Assembly: GCA_009903795.1 (NCBI GenBank)
Contig: WYER01000033.1
Coordinates: 23,001-87,000 of the forward strand
Direction: 5' to 3'
From: Nitrososphaerota archaeon
Lineage (GTDB): Archaea; Thermoproteota; Nitrososphaeria; Conexivisphaerales; UBA164
DNA length: 64,000 nt
Shown in pieces: positions 29,405 through 39,131 of this stretch; position 1 is the first letter of the stretch; each line of letters opens with the position of its first letter. Position numbers and translations under genes: made by a program. Below the pieces are notes generated by a model, which made no database searches, was not told the origin of the DNA, and saw only the letters and a list, made by a program, of their open reading frames with translations.

Positions 29405-30405
29405 GCTTGTTTAAAACTCAGGAAATAGGAAGCTTAAAAAAGCCAAGCTGGCTGCTTGAATACTTAAAAACGAGCGCATCGGAAGAGGAAAAAAAGGCAG
29501 CCCTTGACGATGCAGCATTTATAAATTTAAAGATGCTGGAGCATATAGGTTTAGACTTTGTCTATGACGGAGAAGCAAGAAGAGTTGAAATGTACGAGCA
29601 TCCTGCAAAGTTTATACATGGATTTGAGTTTGTTGGGAGGGTTAGGTCATGGGATAATAAATATTATAAAAAAGCTAGGGTAGTGGACAGAGTATCCCTT
29701 GAAAAAAATTATCATCTGGAAGAATTCATTTTTGTAAAAGAATACGCCATAAAGACACCCAAAATTCCAGTTACGGGCGCATATACCCTAATGGATTGGT
29801 CTTATGACGAATACTATAACTCAAGAGAAGATCTAGCTATGGATTTAGCAAAACAGATAATAAACAGAATACTAAAAGAACTCGAAAATGTAGGGATGCA
29901 AGTTGTGCAAATAGATGAGCCGGCAGCTACAACGCATCCGGCTGAAATGGAAATGTTCGTAAGAATATTTAACGAACAAGTTAAAGGCCTGAACGCTAAG
30001 ATAAACATCCACGTATGTTATAGTGGGGACGAGTATTCAAGCCTCATGCCAGTAATTCCAGATTTAAAGGCAAAACATTTTGCGCTGGAATTTGCGAACA
30101 GGGATTCAATTAACCTTGGAGTTGATGATGCAGCAAGGCCAGGCTACAGGGCTCTGAAGACATTCAGAGAATACGCTAGCGATAGGGAAATAGGCCTTGG
30201 GGTATTGGATGTTCATTCCGATTATATAGAACCACCAGAACTTGTTAGGGATAGAATACTATACGCAGTTAAAGTATTAGGTGACCCGTCCAAAATTTAC
30301 GTTAATCCTGATTGCGGGCTTAGAACGAGAAAAAGAGAAATAGCCTTTGCAAAGTTAAAAAACATGATTAAAGGGGTAAGGCTTGCAGAAGCAGCTATAA
30401 GATGA
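29401..30405 (+). CDS. metE: Methionine synthase, catalytic Zn subunit (split MetE)
   Basis: IGSLKKP, DGE..R.EM, QIDEPA, HVC, NPDCGL. Confidence 0.9.
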   Translation: MSLFKTQEIGSLKKPSWLLEYLKTSASEEEKKAALDDAAFINLKMLEHIGLDFVYDGEARRVEMYEHPAKFIHGFEFVGRVRSWDNKYYKKARVVDRVSLEKNYHLEEFIFVKEYAIKTPKIPVTGAYTLMDWSYDEYYNSREDLAMDLAKQIINRILKELENVGMQVVQIDEPAATTHPAEMEMFVRIFNEQVKGLNAKINIHVCYSGDEYSSLMPVIPDLKAKHFALEFANRDSINLGVDDAARPGYRALKTFREYASDREIGLGVLDVHSDYIEPPELVRDRILYAVKVLGDPSKIYVNPDCGLRTRKREIAFAKLKNMIKGVRLAEAAIR

Positions 30406-31085
30406 AAGTTACTTTTATACTTGCAGAAGCAGCGCTTGAACCTATACCATCATCTCTCAGGAAAGACGCTCGAATAATAAAATCGTGTAAAAAATTAGGA
30501 AAAAAGCCTGATAAATGTCTACTTGATAAATCGCTTCATTATTGGGCTATGGATAGATTAGTTGATAAAGAAAAAAGAGGGAGACCTGATATAGCATATC
30601 ACGTTATGTTGGATGTAACATCATCACCTCTTTATAAAAGCGGATTGCTTGATTTTTTTGTTCACACTTATAATGACTATATAATTAAGGTTGGAAATAA
30701 CGTTAGACCGCCGCGCACTTATGTAAGATTTGAAGGCTTGATTCTGGATTTGTTTGAGAAAAAAATTATAAAAGACATTAACGGAAATGTATTACTAGAA
30801 TTAAAACGTGGGAAAGTTAAGGATATTTTAAGCGAAATAGGAACAAGTTCAGCTGTAGGTTTTGACGTAAATGGAGAACTTGTTACGTATGAACACGCAG
30901 CTAAACAGATAATTTCTGGGCAAAAAGTTTTCATAGTTGGTGGATTTCCCACAGGTGATTTTTCGATTGAAACATCTTCGCTTTTTGCTAAAAAGTTTTC
31001 GTTAGCCCGTGAGATGCTTGAGGCTGATACTGTAACTTGTAGATTAATTTACGAAATAGAAAAAGTACTACTTTTGGCAAAATAG
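30402..31085 (+). CDS. nep1: 16S rRNA pseudouridine N1-methyltransferase Nep1/EMG1
   Basis: LDKSLH, RGRPDI, RPPR.Y.RF.GL, GGFP.GDF. Confidence 0.92.
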   Translation: MKVTFILAEAALEPIPSSLRKDARIIKSCKKLGKKPDKCLLDKSLHYWAMDRLVDKEKRGRPDIAYHVMLDVTSSPLYKSGLLDFFVHTYNDYIIKVGNNVRPPRTYVRFEGLILDLFEKKIIKDINGNVLLELKRGKVKDILSEIGTSSAVGFDVNGELVTYEHAAKQIISGQKVFIVGGFPTGDFSIETSSLFAKKFSLAREMLEADTVTCRLIYEIEKVLLLAK

Positions 31086-31165
31086 GATAGCAGTTCTTTT
31101 TCTTTCAAGTTTTTGGTAAAGTTTTTAAATAGTACAATAATAATACTCTATTTAGGTGGTGTAAC

Positions 31166-32845
31166 ATGTCTACTGCACAAACTCCTTATGGTCCAATCTT
31201 AGTTCTCAAGGAAGGAACTACAGAGACAAAAGGTTATGAGGCTATAAGAAACAACATAGAAGCAGCTTTGGTAATTACGGAGATCATAAAAACATCGCTT
31301 GGTCCAAGAGGAATGGATAAAATGCTAGTAGATACTCTAGGGGATGTAACTATAACCAACGATGGGGCAACAATGCTTAAACAGCTTGATGTACAACATC
31401 CAGCAGCAAAAATACTTGTAGAGATAGCAAAAGCTACTGATTCTGAAGTTGGGGATGGAACAACTTCAGCTGTCATTTTTGCCGGTAAACTATTAGAAGA
31501 AGCTAGGAAGCTCCTCGACAAAAACATTCATCCAACAAACATAGTTGAGGGTTACCAGTTTGCTTCTAAAAAAGCCTTAGAAAGGCTTTATCAGATAGCC
31601 ATAAAAATATCCCCAGAAGACAAAGAATGGCTTCTTAAGCTTGCAAAAACTAGCATGAGATCGAAGATAATTGCAGAAGAGTCAGACTATCTCGCAAACT
31701 TGGTCATAGAAGCTGTATTCCAAGTTGCAGAAAAGAGAGAAGACAATACATATAAGGTAGATGTGGACAACATTTCTGTTTTAAAGAAACAGGGAGGATC
31801 GATATCTGATTCTTCTCTTGTAAAAGGTATTATTGTTGACAAAGAAGTAGTTCACAGCGGTATGCCAAAAATTGTAAAGAACGCAAAGATTGCTCTCCTG
31901 AACGCTCCTCTTGAGATAGAGAAGACAGAGTACAGCGCTGAAATAAGAATAAGTGACCCATCAAAGATGAAAGCTTTCTTGGACCAGGAAGCTTTAATGC
32001 TCAAACAGATGGTTGATAAAATAAAAGAAGTAGGCGCTAACGTAGTTTTTTGCCAGAAAGGCATAGATGATCTAGCTCAACATTACTTGGCTAAAGCAGG
32101 AATACTTGCTGTAAGAAGAGTTAAGGAAAGCGACATGGGAAGGCTTGCAAAAGCTACAGGCGGAAGAATAGTTACAAACATAGAAGATCTCACGCCTGCT
32201 GACTTAGGGTATGCAGAAATAGTCGAAGAAAGAAAAGTTGAGGAAGACAAGTGGGTTTTCGTAGAAGGATGCAAGAACCCGAAAGCAGTAAGCATTTTAA
32301 TAAGGGGTGGAAGCCAGAGAGTTGTAGATGAGGCTGAAAGATCTATTCATGATGCTATAATGGTAACAAAGGACGTACTTGAAAAACCCTTAGTGGTTGC
32401 AGGTGGTGGAGCGGCTGAAGAAGAAATGGTTCAATACATTAGGGAAGAAGCAAAGAAGATGCCAGGCAGGGAGCAGCTAGCTGCACTTGCTTATGCTGAC
32501 GCTCTAGAGAACGCTATTCCATTAACTTTGGCTGAAAATGCGGGAATGGATCCGCTCGATGTACAAGTTGAGATAAGGGCAGCTCATTCAAAAGGAAATT
32601 TATGGTACGGCGTTGATGCTTATAGCAACAAGGTTGAAGACATGTACAAGTTAGGTGTCTTTGAACCAGCCATAGTCAAAGAGCAAGTCATAAAAGCTGC
32701 AACAGAAGCCGCTACAATGATACTTAGAATAGATGACGTAATAGCAGCAAAGTTATCCAAACCTCCAACAGGGGGCGCTGGCGGCAAGCCATCTGAAGAA
32801 AAAGAAGGAGAAGGAGAAAGCTCTACACCAAAATTACCAGAATAA
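31166..32845 (+). CDS. ths: Thermosome (group II chaperonin) subunit
   Basis: LGPRGMDKM, TNDG, GDGTT, ILRIDDVI. Confidence 0.97.
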   Translation: MSTAQTPYGPILVLKEGTTETKGYEAIRNNIEAALVITEIIKTSLGPRGMDKMLVDTLGDVTITNDGATMLKQLDVQHPAAKILVEIAKATDSEVGDGTTSAVIFAGKLLEEARKLLDKNIHPTNIVEGYQFASKKALERLYQIAIKISPEDKEWLLKLAKTSMRSKIIAEESDYLANLVIEAVFQVAEKREDNTYKVDVDNISVLKKQGGSISDSSLVKGIIVDKEVVHSGMPKIVKNAKIALLNAPLEIEKTEYSAEIRISDPSKMKAFLDQEALMLKQMVDKIKEVGANVVFCQKGIDDLAQHYLAKAGILAVRRVKESDMGRLAKATGGRIVTNIEDLTPADLGYAEIVEERKVEEDKWVFVEGCKNPKAVSILIRGGSQRVVDEAERSIHDAIMVTKDVLEKPLVVAGGGAAEEEMVQYIREEAKKMPGREQLAALAYADALENAIPLTLAENAGMDPLDVQVEIRAAHSKGNLWYGVDAYSNKVEDMYKLGVFEPAIVKEQVIKAATEAATMILRIDDVIAAKLSKPPTGGAGGKPSEEKEGEGESSTPKLPE

Positions 32846-32861
32846 GCAAAAATCCTTAAAT

Positions 32862-33551
32862 CTATTGTTCTCTTAATTTTTCTTTTGAATAATTTATCAA
32901 AAAAGATATTTCTTCAAAAGCTTTTGAAGCATCTTCGTCTTTTACAACTATTAGCGTATCTGTATAAGTGCTAGAAGTATCTTCTATGTTTATGCCGGCT
33001 GCGCTGATAAATCTATAAATAAGCTCTATACAACCAGGTGTGTTAAGTATTTCTGCAGGGCTATGAATAACTATTAGCGTAAGCCCATCTTTTATTTCAA
33101 GAAGTTGCAACCTGTATTTAGAAAAGTGCTTTAATGCTTCTGTTTTTGATAACCCATACGTTACTAAAGTAAGGGCATTCGTAGTTTTAGATAAATGTAT
33201 GATCTTATCAGATATTTTCATACCACTTTCTATTATCTCCTCAGCTTTATCATTCTTAAAGACCATCTTTAAAGCGTCTGTAATTATAGTAACATTACTC
33301 TTGGAAAGAACTTTAAAAGAATCAAGCTCTTCATACTTTTTAAATGCCCTGTACCTTTTAAGTGCAGACACCACAGCTTCTTCAGTAACTCTGATACCTT
33401 GCTTTTCAATGCGTTTTTTAATTATACGCGCAAGCGCGCTCAGGTTAGCGTAGCCAAGTAAAAGAGAATGTTCATACGAAATATTGGAAGATACTATAGA
33501 ATGGACCAATTTTGTTATCGATTGGCTATTTTTGGTCATCATTTTACCCAT
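32862..33551 (-). CDS. ACT-domain protein with N-terminal helical domain; putative amino-acid-responsive regulator
   Basis: GYANLSALAR..., AVVSALKRY N-domain; TPG.I..IY..I...GINI..TSSTYTDT ACT repeat; divergent from argG. Confidence 0.75.
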   Translation of the reverse strand: MGKMMTKNSQSITKLVHSIVSSNISYEHSLLLGYANLSALARIIKKRIEKQGIRVTEEAVVSALKRYRAFKKYEELDSFKVLSKSNVTIITDALKMVFKNDKAEEIIESGMKISDKIIHLSKTTNALTLVTYGLSKTEALKHFSKYRLQLLEIKDGLTLIVIHSPAEILNTPGCIELIYRFISAAGINIEDTSSTYTDTLIVVKDEDASKAFEEISFLINYSKEKLREQ

Positions 33552-33573
33552 TACTATAAATAATGACCAAAAA
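33529..33573. promoter_or_regulatory. 15-bp imperfect inverted repeat, candidate operator between the ACT gene and argG
   Basis: TTTTTGGTCATCATT (33529-43) and AATAATGACCAAAAA (33559-73), 14/15 complementary, next to TATA-like GTATAAA. Confidence 0.5.
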
Positions 33574-33604
33574 GTATAAAAGCTTTGCCAATTTGGTTTT
33601 CTGT

Positions 33605-34792
33605 ATGGGAAAAACAGTATTAGCATATTCAGGAGGACTTGACACGACTACATCTATAGCATGGATAAAAGAAAAATATGGAAACGAAGTTATAACTGTA
33701 ACAGTAGATGTAGGTCAGCAAGAAGATTTTAAAGAGATAGAAGAAAGAGCTTACAAAGCTGGAGCTACAAAGCATTACTTCGTGGATGCCAAAGACGAGT
33801 TCGCTAACGAATACATTTCAATGGCAATAAAGGCTAATGCAATGTATGAAAAGAAATATCCATTGAGCACATCCTTGGCAAGACCTTTGATAGCAAAAAA
33901 AGTAGCAGAAATCGCCAAGATAGAGAACGCTGACTCTGTGGCTCATGGAAGTACAGGGAAAGGAAACGATCAGGTAAGGTTCGATGTTACTTTAAGAGCG
34001 CTTTATCCAGGCGTTAAAATTATAGCGCCTGTAAGGGAATGGAACATGAGCAGAGACGAAGAACTAAAATACCTTTTAAACAAAGGTATACCTTATAAAG
34101 CATCTAGGAGCGAATTTAGTGTTGATGAAAATCTTTGGGGTAGATCTATTGAAAGTGGAAGACTTGAGGATCCATATTTTGAACCACCAGAAGAAGCCTT
34201 TGCTTGGACTGTTTCTCCTGAAAAAGCGCCCGATAAACCAGAATACATAGAAATAGGGTTCAAAAAAGGCGTTCCAGAGTCGCTCAATGGAGAAAAAATG
34301 AAGCTTTCTGATATGATTAAAATCATTAATAAGACAGCCGGCAGGCATGGTGTAGGAAGAATAGATCATATAGAAGACAGAGTAGTAGGCATTAAATCCC
34401 GTGAGGTTTATGAAACGCCAGCAGCTCTTGTGCTTATAGAAGCGCATCAGGAAATAGAAAAATTAACTCTACCCAAAACAGTGCTTAGGTTTAAACCATA
34501 CATAGAAGAACAGTGGTCATCTATGATATATGACGGTTTATGGGCTGATCCTTTGAGGAATGCTCTTGAAGCTTTTATAAACGAAACTCAAAAAAACGTT
34601 GAAGGTGAAGTAAGATTAAAACTATTTAAAGGCAGCGTCAGAGTTGTAGGCAGGAAGTCAGAAAAGTCTCTGTACAAACATGAGCTTTCAACATATTCAT
34701 CAGCATCAACTTTCGATCAGAAGCAGGCGTTAGGCTTTATAAACCTATTTGCTTTGCAAACTTTGGTTTATAGGGAGGTTAATCAAGAATGA
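33605..34792 (+). CDS. argG: Argininosuccinate synthase
   Basis: LAYSGGLDT, HGSTGKGNDQVRF, GIKSREVYETP. Confidence 0.97.
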   Translation: MGKTVLAYSGGLDTTTSIAWIKEKYGNEVITVTVDVGQQEDFKEIEERAYKAGATKHYFVDAKDEFANEYISMAIKANAMYEKKYPLSTSLARPLIAKKVAEIAKIENADSVAHGSTGKGNDQVRFDVTLRALYPGVKIIAPVREWNMSRDEELKYLLNKGIPYKASRSEFSVDENLWGRSIESGRLEDPYFEPPEEAFAWTVSPEKAPDKPEYIEIGFKKGVPESLNGEKMKLSDMIKIINKTAGRHGVGRIDHIEDRVVGIKSREVYETPAALVLIEAHQEIEKLTLPKTVLRFKPYIEEQWSSMIYDGLWADPLRNALEAFINETQKNVEGEVRLKLFKGSVRVVGRKSEKSLYKHELSTYSSASTFDQKQALGFINLFALQTLVYREVNQE

Positions 34793-36222
34793 CAGATATA
34801 CTTAGAGGAAAACGGCTCGAACCGATGGACGACCTGGCCCTTAAAATAACTTCATCTGTAGATGCTGATAAAAGGATCCAAAAAGCGGTAGTGTTAGTAA
34901 ACATGGCGCACGTTCTTGCGCTATATAATGCAAGAGCAATAGCAAAAGAAGACATGTCAAAGATAATGAAAGCTTTGAGCGAAGATCTCGGAGGCTTTCC
35001 AATAGATTATAAGTACGAAGACGTTCATATGAGTTTAGAACAAGATTTAAGTTCCAAAATAGGTGATGTAGCTGGTCACATAGGGCTTGCAAAGAGTAGA
35101 AATGATCAAGTTGCAACAGCGATAAGGCTTGAGCTTAAAGAAGAACTTTTATCAATAATGGAATCTTTAGAGTCTTTAATAGAGAGTATCCTAAACACAG
35201 CTTCCGAAAACGCAAAAACTTTCTTTGTAACTTTTACGCATTTACAGCCTGCTCAAGCAAGTACTGGGGCTCACTGGCTACTTTCTTATGCTTGGGCTTT
35301 ACTTAGAGATTTAGAGCGCTTAAAGCTTGCTTATGTAATGACCGATATGAGCCCTTTGGGTGCTGCTGCTAACGCTGGTTCTCTTGTTCCAATAGATAGG
35401 TATGAAGAAGCTGACATGCTTGGTTTTTCTGGTTTAATAGAAAACACAATAGATGCTGTGTCAACAAGAGATTTTATATTTGATGCGCTCTATGGAATAA
35501 CCAGCATTTCCTTAAACCTATCTAAACTATGCGCCGACATAATAGCTTTCATGTCGCTGGGAATTTTGGACATTGATGACAGATTTGTTTCTACAAGCAG
35601 CATAATGCCGCAAAAAAGAAATCCAGCTGTCGCAGAAATAGTAAGAGCCAAAAGCGCAGTTTTGATTTCAAACCTAATTGGAACTATGGGAATAGTAAGG
35701 GGACTTAATTCTTCTTATAACCTTGACCTTCAAGAGATAACGCCAAGGCTATGGTCTTCTATTGATGAGATTTTGGCGATAATAAAAGTGATGACAGAAA
35801 TGGTAACGGGGATCAAGTTTAACGAAGAAAAAGCAAAAGAACTAGCAATAAAAGGTTTTGTAACAGCAAGCGATTTGGCTGAGTTCATATCGTTAAAGTT
35901 TGGTTTACCATTTAGAGAGGCACACCATATAGTTGGTGAAGCAGTTAAAAAATCAGAAGAAGGCGCGCCGCTAATTCCCACGTTGATCGAGCTACTTCAA
36001 AAAAGAGGCCTAAAGGCAGATGCATCGGAGTTAACTCAAGTAATTGATCCTCTAGCTTCAATTGATAAAAAAGTAACTGTAGGGGGTCCTCATCCAAAAG
36101 AAAGCTTTAGGCAGATAAACTTGATAAATTTAAAGTTGAAAGAATTCGAAGATTTTATAAATCTATCTAAAAGAAAGATTGAAAAAACTTATCAGTTGAT
36201 GATTAATAAGGGGTGGTATTAA
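34789..36222 (+). CDS. argH: Argininosuccinate lyase
   Basis: EDVHM, SRNDQVAT, THLQPAQ, SSIMPQKRNP. Confidence 0.96.
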   Translation: MTDILRGKRLEPMDDLALKITSSVDADKRIQKAVVLVNMAHVLALYNARAIAKEDMSKIMKALSEDLGGFPIDYKYEDVHMSLEQDLSSKIGDVAGHIGLAKSRNDQVATAIRLELKEELLSIMESLESLIESILNTASENAKTFFVTFTHLQPAQASTGAHWLLSYAWALLRDLERLKLAYVMTDMSPLGAAANAGSLVPIDRYEEADMLGFSGLIENTIDAVSTRDFIFDALYGITSISLNLSKLCADIIAFMSLGILDIDDRFVSTSSIMPQKRNPAVAEIVRAKSAVLISNLIGTMGIVRGLNSSYNLDLQEITPRLWSSIDEILAIIKVMTEMVTGIKFNEEKAKELAIKGFVTASDLAEFISLKFGLPFREAHHIVGEAVKKSEEGAPLIPTLIELLQKRGLKADASELTQVIDPLASIDKKVTVGGPHPKESFRQINLINLKLKEFEDFINLSKRKIEKTYQLMINKGWY

Positions 36223-36223
36223 G

Positions 36224-36403
36224 ATGCCTCTTACAGCAAAATGTAAAGAATGTGGCGCGGATATAGAAATACCAGACGACGCTTTGCCAGGCGAAATAGT
36301 TAGCTGCCCTGACTGTGGTCTCGAATACGAGATAGTTTCAATACAGGCTGGAAAAGTTGAACTTAAGCTAGCTGAAGAAATAGGGGAAGACTGGGGAGAA
36401 TAA
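36224..36403 (+). CDS. lysW: Amino-group carrier protein LysW (59 aa)
   Basis: CKECG...CPDCG Zn ribbon and terminal EDWGE; not in the ORF track. Confidence 0.96.
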   Translation: MPLTAKCKECGADIEIPDDALPGEIVSCPDCGLEYEIVSIQAGKVELKLAEEIGEDWGE

Positions 36404-36410
36404 GAAACAA

Positions 36411-37268
36411 ATGCCCCATGTTACAATAATATTCGATAGGCTTAGATGGGAAGAAAAAGAGCTTTTCGAGAAAGGTAAAGAACTAGGTCTAGATATAAAC
36501 ATGATCGATGTGAAAAACGAGCCTAAAGAGCTTACAAACTTTAACAAAGATCCTCAGATAGCAGATATAGTCTTGCAAAGAACTATAAGTCACTACAGGG
36601 GTTTGTATTATTCAGCTATACTTGAAAATTACGGGCATACAGTGATAAATTCGTTCATAACCTCTTTGTTATGCGGTAATAAGTTGCTTACTACGCTTCT
36701 TCTTGCAAAAAACGGTATACCTACGCCAAAAACCTATGCGGCGTTTTCAATGGAATCTGCATTGAAAGTCATTGATAAGCTGGGTTACCCTGTGGTTATT
36801 AAGCCTATAGTTGGTAGTTGGGGGAGAATGATAGCAAAAATAAACGATAAAGAACAGGCTGAGTCTATTTTAGAAACAAGAGAAATGCTAACAGATCCTC
36901 AGCAACAAATTTATTATATTCAGGAATACGTAAAAAGGCCTCCAAGAGACATAAGGGGGATAGTGGTGAACGGGAGAGTGGTGACCGCAATATACAGGTA
37001 TCAACCCGAAGACGACTGGAGAACTAATATAGCAAGAGGAGGAAAAGCTGAGCAGATAAAGATAGATGGAGAGCTAGAAGAACTGATGATAAAGGCTTCA
37101 AACGTCGTTAATGCAAAAATAGTCGGAGTTGACGCAATGGAAACCGAGAACGGGTATGTTATTCATGAGCTAAACAACAACTTAGAATTTCATGGAGCTT
37201 TTCAAGCCACAGGTATAGATATAGCTAAAGAAATAATGGCTTTTGTAAAAGAGCTGGTGAGGAACTAA
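36411..37268 (+). CDS. argX: LysW-glutamate ligase (ArgX-type ATP-grasp)
   Basis: KPIVGSWGR; WRTNIARGG and EFHGA lack the LysX-type NT/NS signature. Confidence 0.75.
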   Translation: MPHVTIIFDRLRWEEKELFEKGKELGLDINMIDVKNEPKELTNFNKDPQIADIVLQRTISHYRGLYYSAILENYGHTVINSFITSLLCGNKLLTTLLLAKNGIPTPKTYAAFSMESALKVIDKLGYPVVIKPIVGSWGRMIAKINDKEQAESILETREMLTDPQQQIYYIQEYVKRPPRDIRGIVVNGRVVTAIYRYQPEDDWRTNIARGGKAEQIKIDGELEELMIKASNVVNAKIVGVDAMETENGYVIHELNNNLEFHGAFQATGIDIAKEIMAFVKELVRN

Positions 37269-38318
37269 ATGGTTAAAGTCTCAATAGTCGGAGCCTCGGG
37301 TTACGTTGGGGGAGAACTTATAAGAATTCTTGTAAGACACCCAAACGTTGAACTAGTATCGCTTTCTTCAAGACAGTACGCTGGCGAGTATGTTCATAAA
37401 GCCCATCCAAACTTAAAAGGCATATTAAACATGAGGTTTACTGGTGAAGACCCTGTTACCGTAGGTTCAAAAGCTGACCTTGTTTTTCTTGCATTGCCCC
37501 ATAAAGCTTCTGTGAATGTTGTCCCTGAACTCATAAAATTGGGGGTAAAAATAGTTGATATGAGCGCAGATTTTAGGTTAAAAGATCCAGAACAGTATAA
37601 AATATGGTATAACTATGAACATCCATACCCTGACCTTCTTCAAAAATTTGTATACGGTTTACCTGAGTTGCACCGGGATGAGTTAAAAGGAGCCAATTAT
37701 GTCTCAGCGCCAGGCTGTATGGCAGCTGCTTCTATAATAAGCATAGCTCCTTTGTATAAATATATTAACGATGTCCCATTAATCGTCGACGCTAAGATAG
37801 GATCTTCAGGAGCAGGGGGAAAACCTTCGCTTTCTACACATTATTCTGAAAGGTATGGCGTTATAAGGCCCTATAAGCCAGCCGGACACAGACATGCTGC
37901 AGAAATAGAGCAAGAAATAAGCAGGTTAGCCGGAAAAACGGTAAAAGTTGGGATGAGCGCACATGCAGTAAACATTGTAAGAGGTATACTTACAACATCA
38001 CATATTATAACAAATAAACAAATAACCGTTCAGGAAATTTGGAAATCATACAGAGAATTTTACAAAAACGAACCTTTTGTAAGGTTTATGATGGATAAAA
38101 CAGGGATCTACAGGTATCCAGACCCCAAAGTAGTAATAGGATCTAACTTTGCAGATGTCGGCTTTGACGTAGACCCACACTCAGGCAGAATAGTTGCGCT
38201 TGGCGCTATAGATAATTTGATAAAAGGCGCCGCAGGTAGCGCTGTACAATCGATGAACCTTATGCTAGGTTTTGATGAAAAGCTTGGTTTGGACGTTCCT
38301 GCAATACATCCGGTGTAA
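37269..38318 (+). CDS. lysY: LysW-gamma-aminoadipyl/glutamyl-phosphate reductase (LysY/ArgC)
   Basis: GASGYVG, SADFRL, YGLPEL, PGC, DNLIKGAAG. Confidence 0.93.
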   Translation: MVKVSIVGASGYVGGELIRILVRHPNVELVSLSSRQYAGEYVHKAHPNLKGILNMRFTGEDPVTVGSKADLVFLALPHKASVNVVPELIKLGVKIVDMSADFRLKDPEQYKIWYNYEHPYPDLLQKFVYGLPELHRDELKGANYVSAPGCMAAASIISIAPLYKYINDVPLIVDAKIGSSGAGGKPSLSTHYSERYGVIRPYKPAGHRHAAEIEQEISRLAGKTVKVGMSAHAVNIVRGILTTSHIITNKQITVQEIWKSYREFYKNEPFVRFMMDKTGIYRYPDPKVVIGSNFADVGFDVDPHSGRIVALGAIDNLIKGAAGSAVQSMNLMLGFDEKLGLDVPAIHPV

Positions 38319-38324
38319 TTTTAA

Positions 38325-39131
38325 ATGTTTGAGATCACTGTTATAAAAATTGGAGGAAGCCTGATTTCAGAAGGAGTATACGTAAAAGTTCTGGATAACT
38401 TAAAGAGTTCAGGATTAAAAAATTTTATAATAGTACACGGAGGAGGAAACGAGGTCAGCAAGCTGCAGAAAGCCATGGGAAAAGAACCTATTTTTGTAAC
38501 TTCGCCAGAAGGAATAAAGAGCAGATATACGGATCTTGAAACACTAGAGATATTTAACATGGCGATGAGGAATATAGGAACTAAAATAACATCGTATTTA
38601 AATTCTTTAGGTTTTAAGGCTATAAATATTTCAGGTGTAGACGCTTCTTTTATCAAAGCAGAAAGAAAAAAGAAACTGATCGTTATTGACGAAAAAGGTA
38701 GGAAGAGGGTTATAGAAGGTGGATATACAGGAAGGATAAAGGAAGTAGATTCTTCTTTTTTGACAAATCTGATAAACCTAGGATTAATACCAGTTATTTC
38801 GCCAATAGCATCAGGTTATGAAGGAGAAATCCTTAATGTAGACGGTGATAGGGGGGCCGCGGCGATCGCTAGCTCGGTTAGAGCTTCTAAATTAATTATA
38901 TTTACAAATGTTGATGGCGTTATAATGAACGGAAAAGTTTTAGATAAGCTAAAACTTGAAGAAGCAAAAGAAGTGCTAAAAAAAGTTGGGCCAGGTATGG
39001 ATAAAAAGCTTTTGGCGTGCATAGAAGCAGTAGAAAACGGCGTAGAAATGAGTTTAATTACTTCAGGAAAAACGGAAAAACCGATAGAAATGGCGTTAAA
39101 TGGCGTTGGAACAAAGGTGGTTAAGGAGTGA
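38325..39131 (+). CDS. lysZ: LysW-aminoadipate/glutamate kinase (LysZ/ArgB)
   Basis: KIGG, VHGGG, SRYTD, GGYTG, LNVDGD. Confidence 0.93.
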   Translation: MFEITVIKIGGSLISEGVYVKVLDNLKSSGLKNFIIVHGGGNEVSKLQKAMGKEPIFVTSPEGIKSRYTDLETLEIFNMAMRNIGTKITSYLNSLGFKAINISGVDASFIKAERKKKLIVIDEKGRKRVIEGGYTGRIKEVDSSFLTNLINLGLIPVISPIASGYEGEILNVDGDRGAAAIASSVRASKLIIFTNVDGVIMNGKVLDKLKLEEAKEVLKKVGPGMDKKLLACIEAVENGVEMSLITSGKTEKPIEMALNGVGTKVVKE

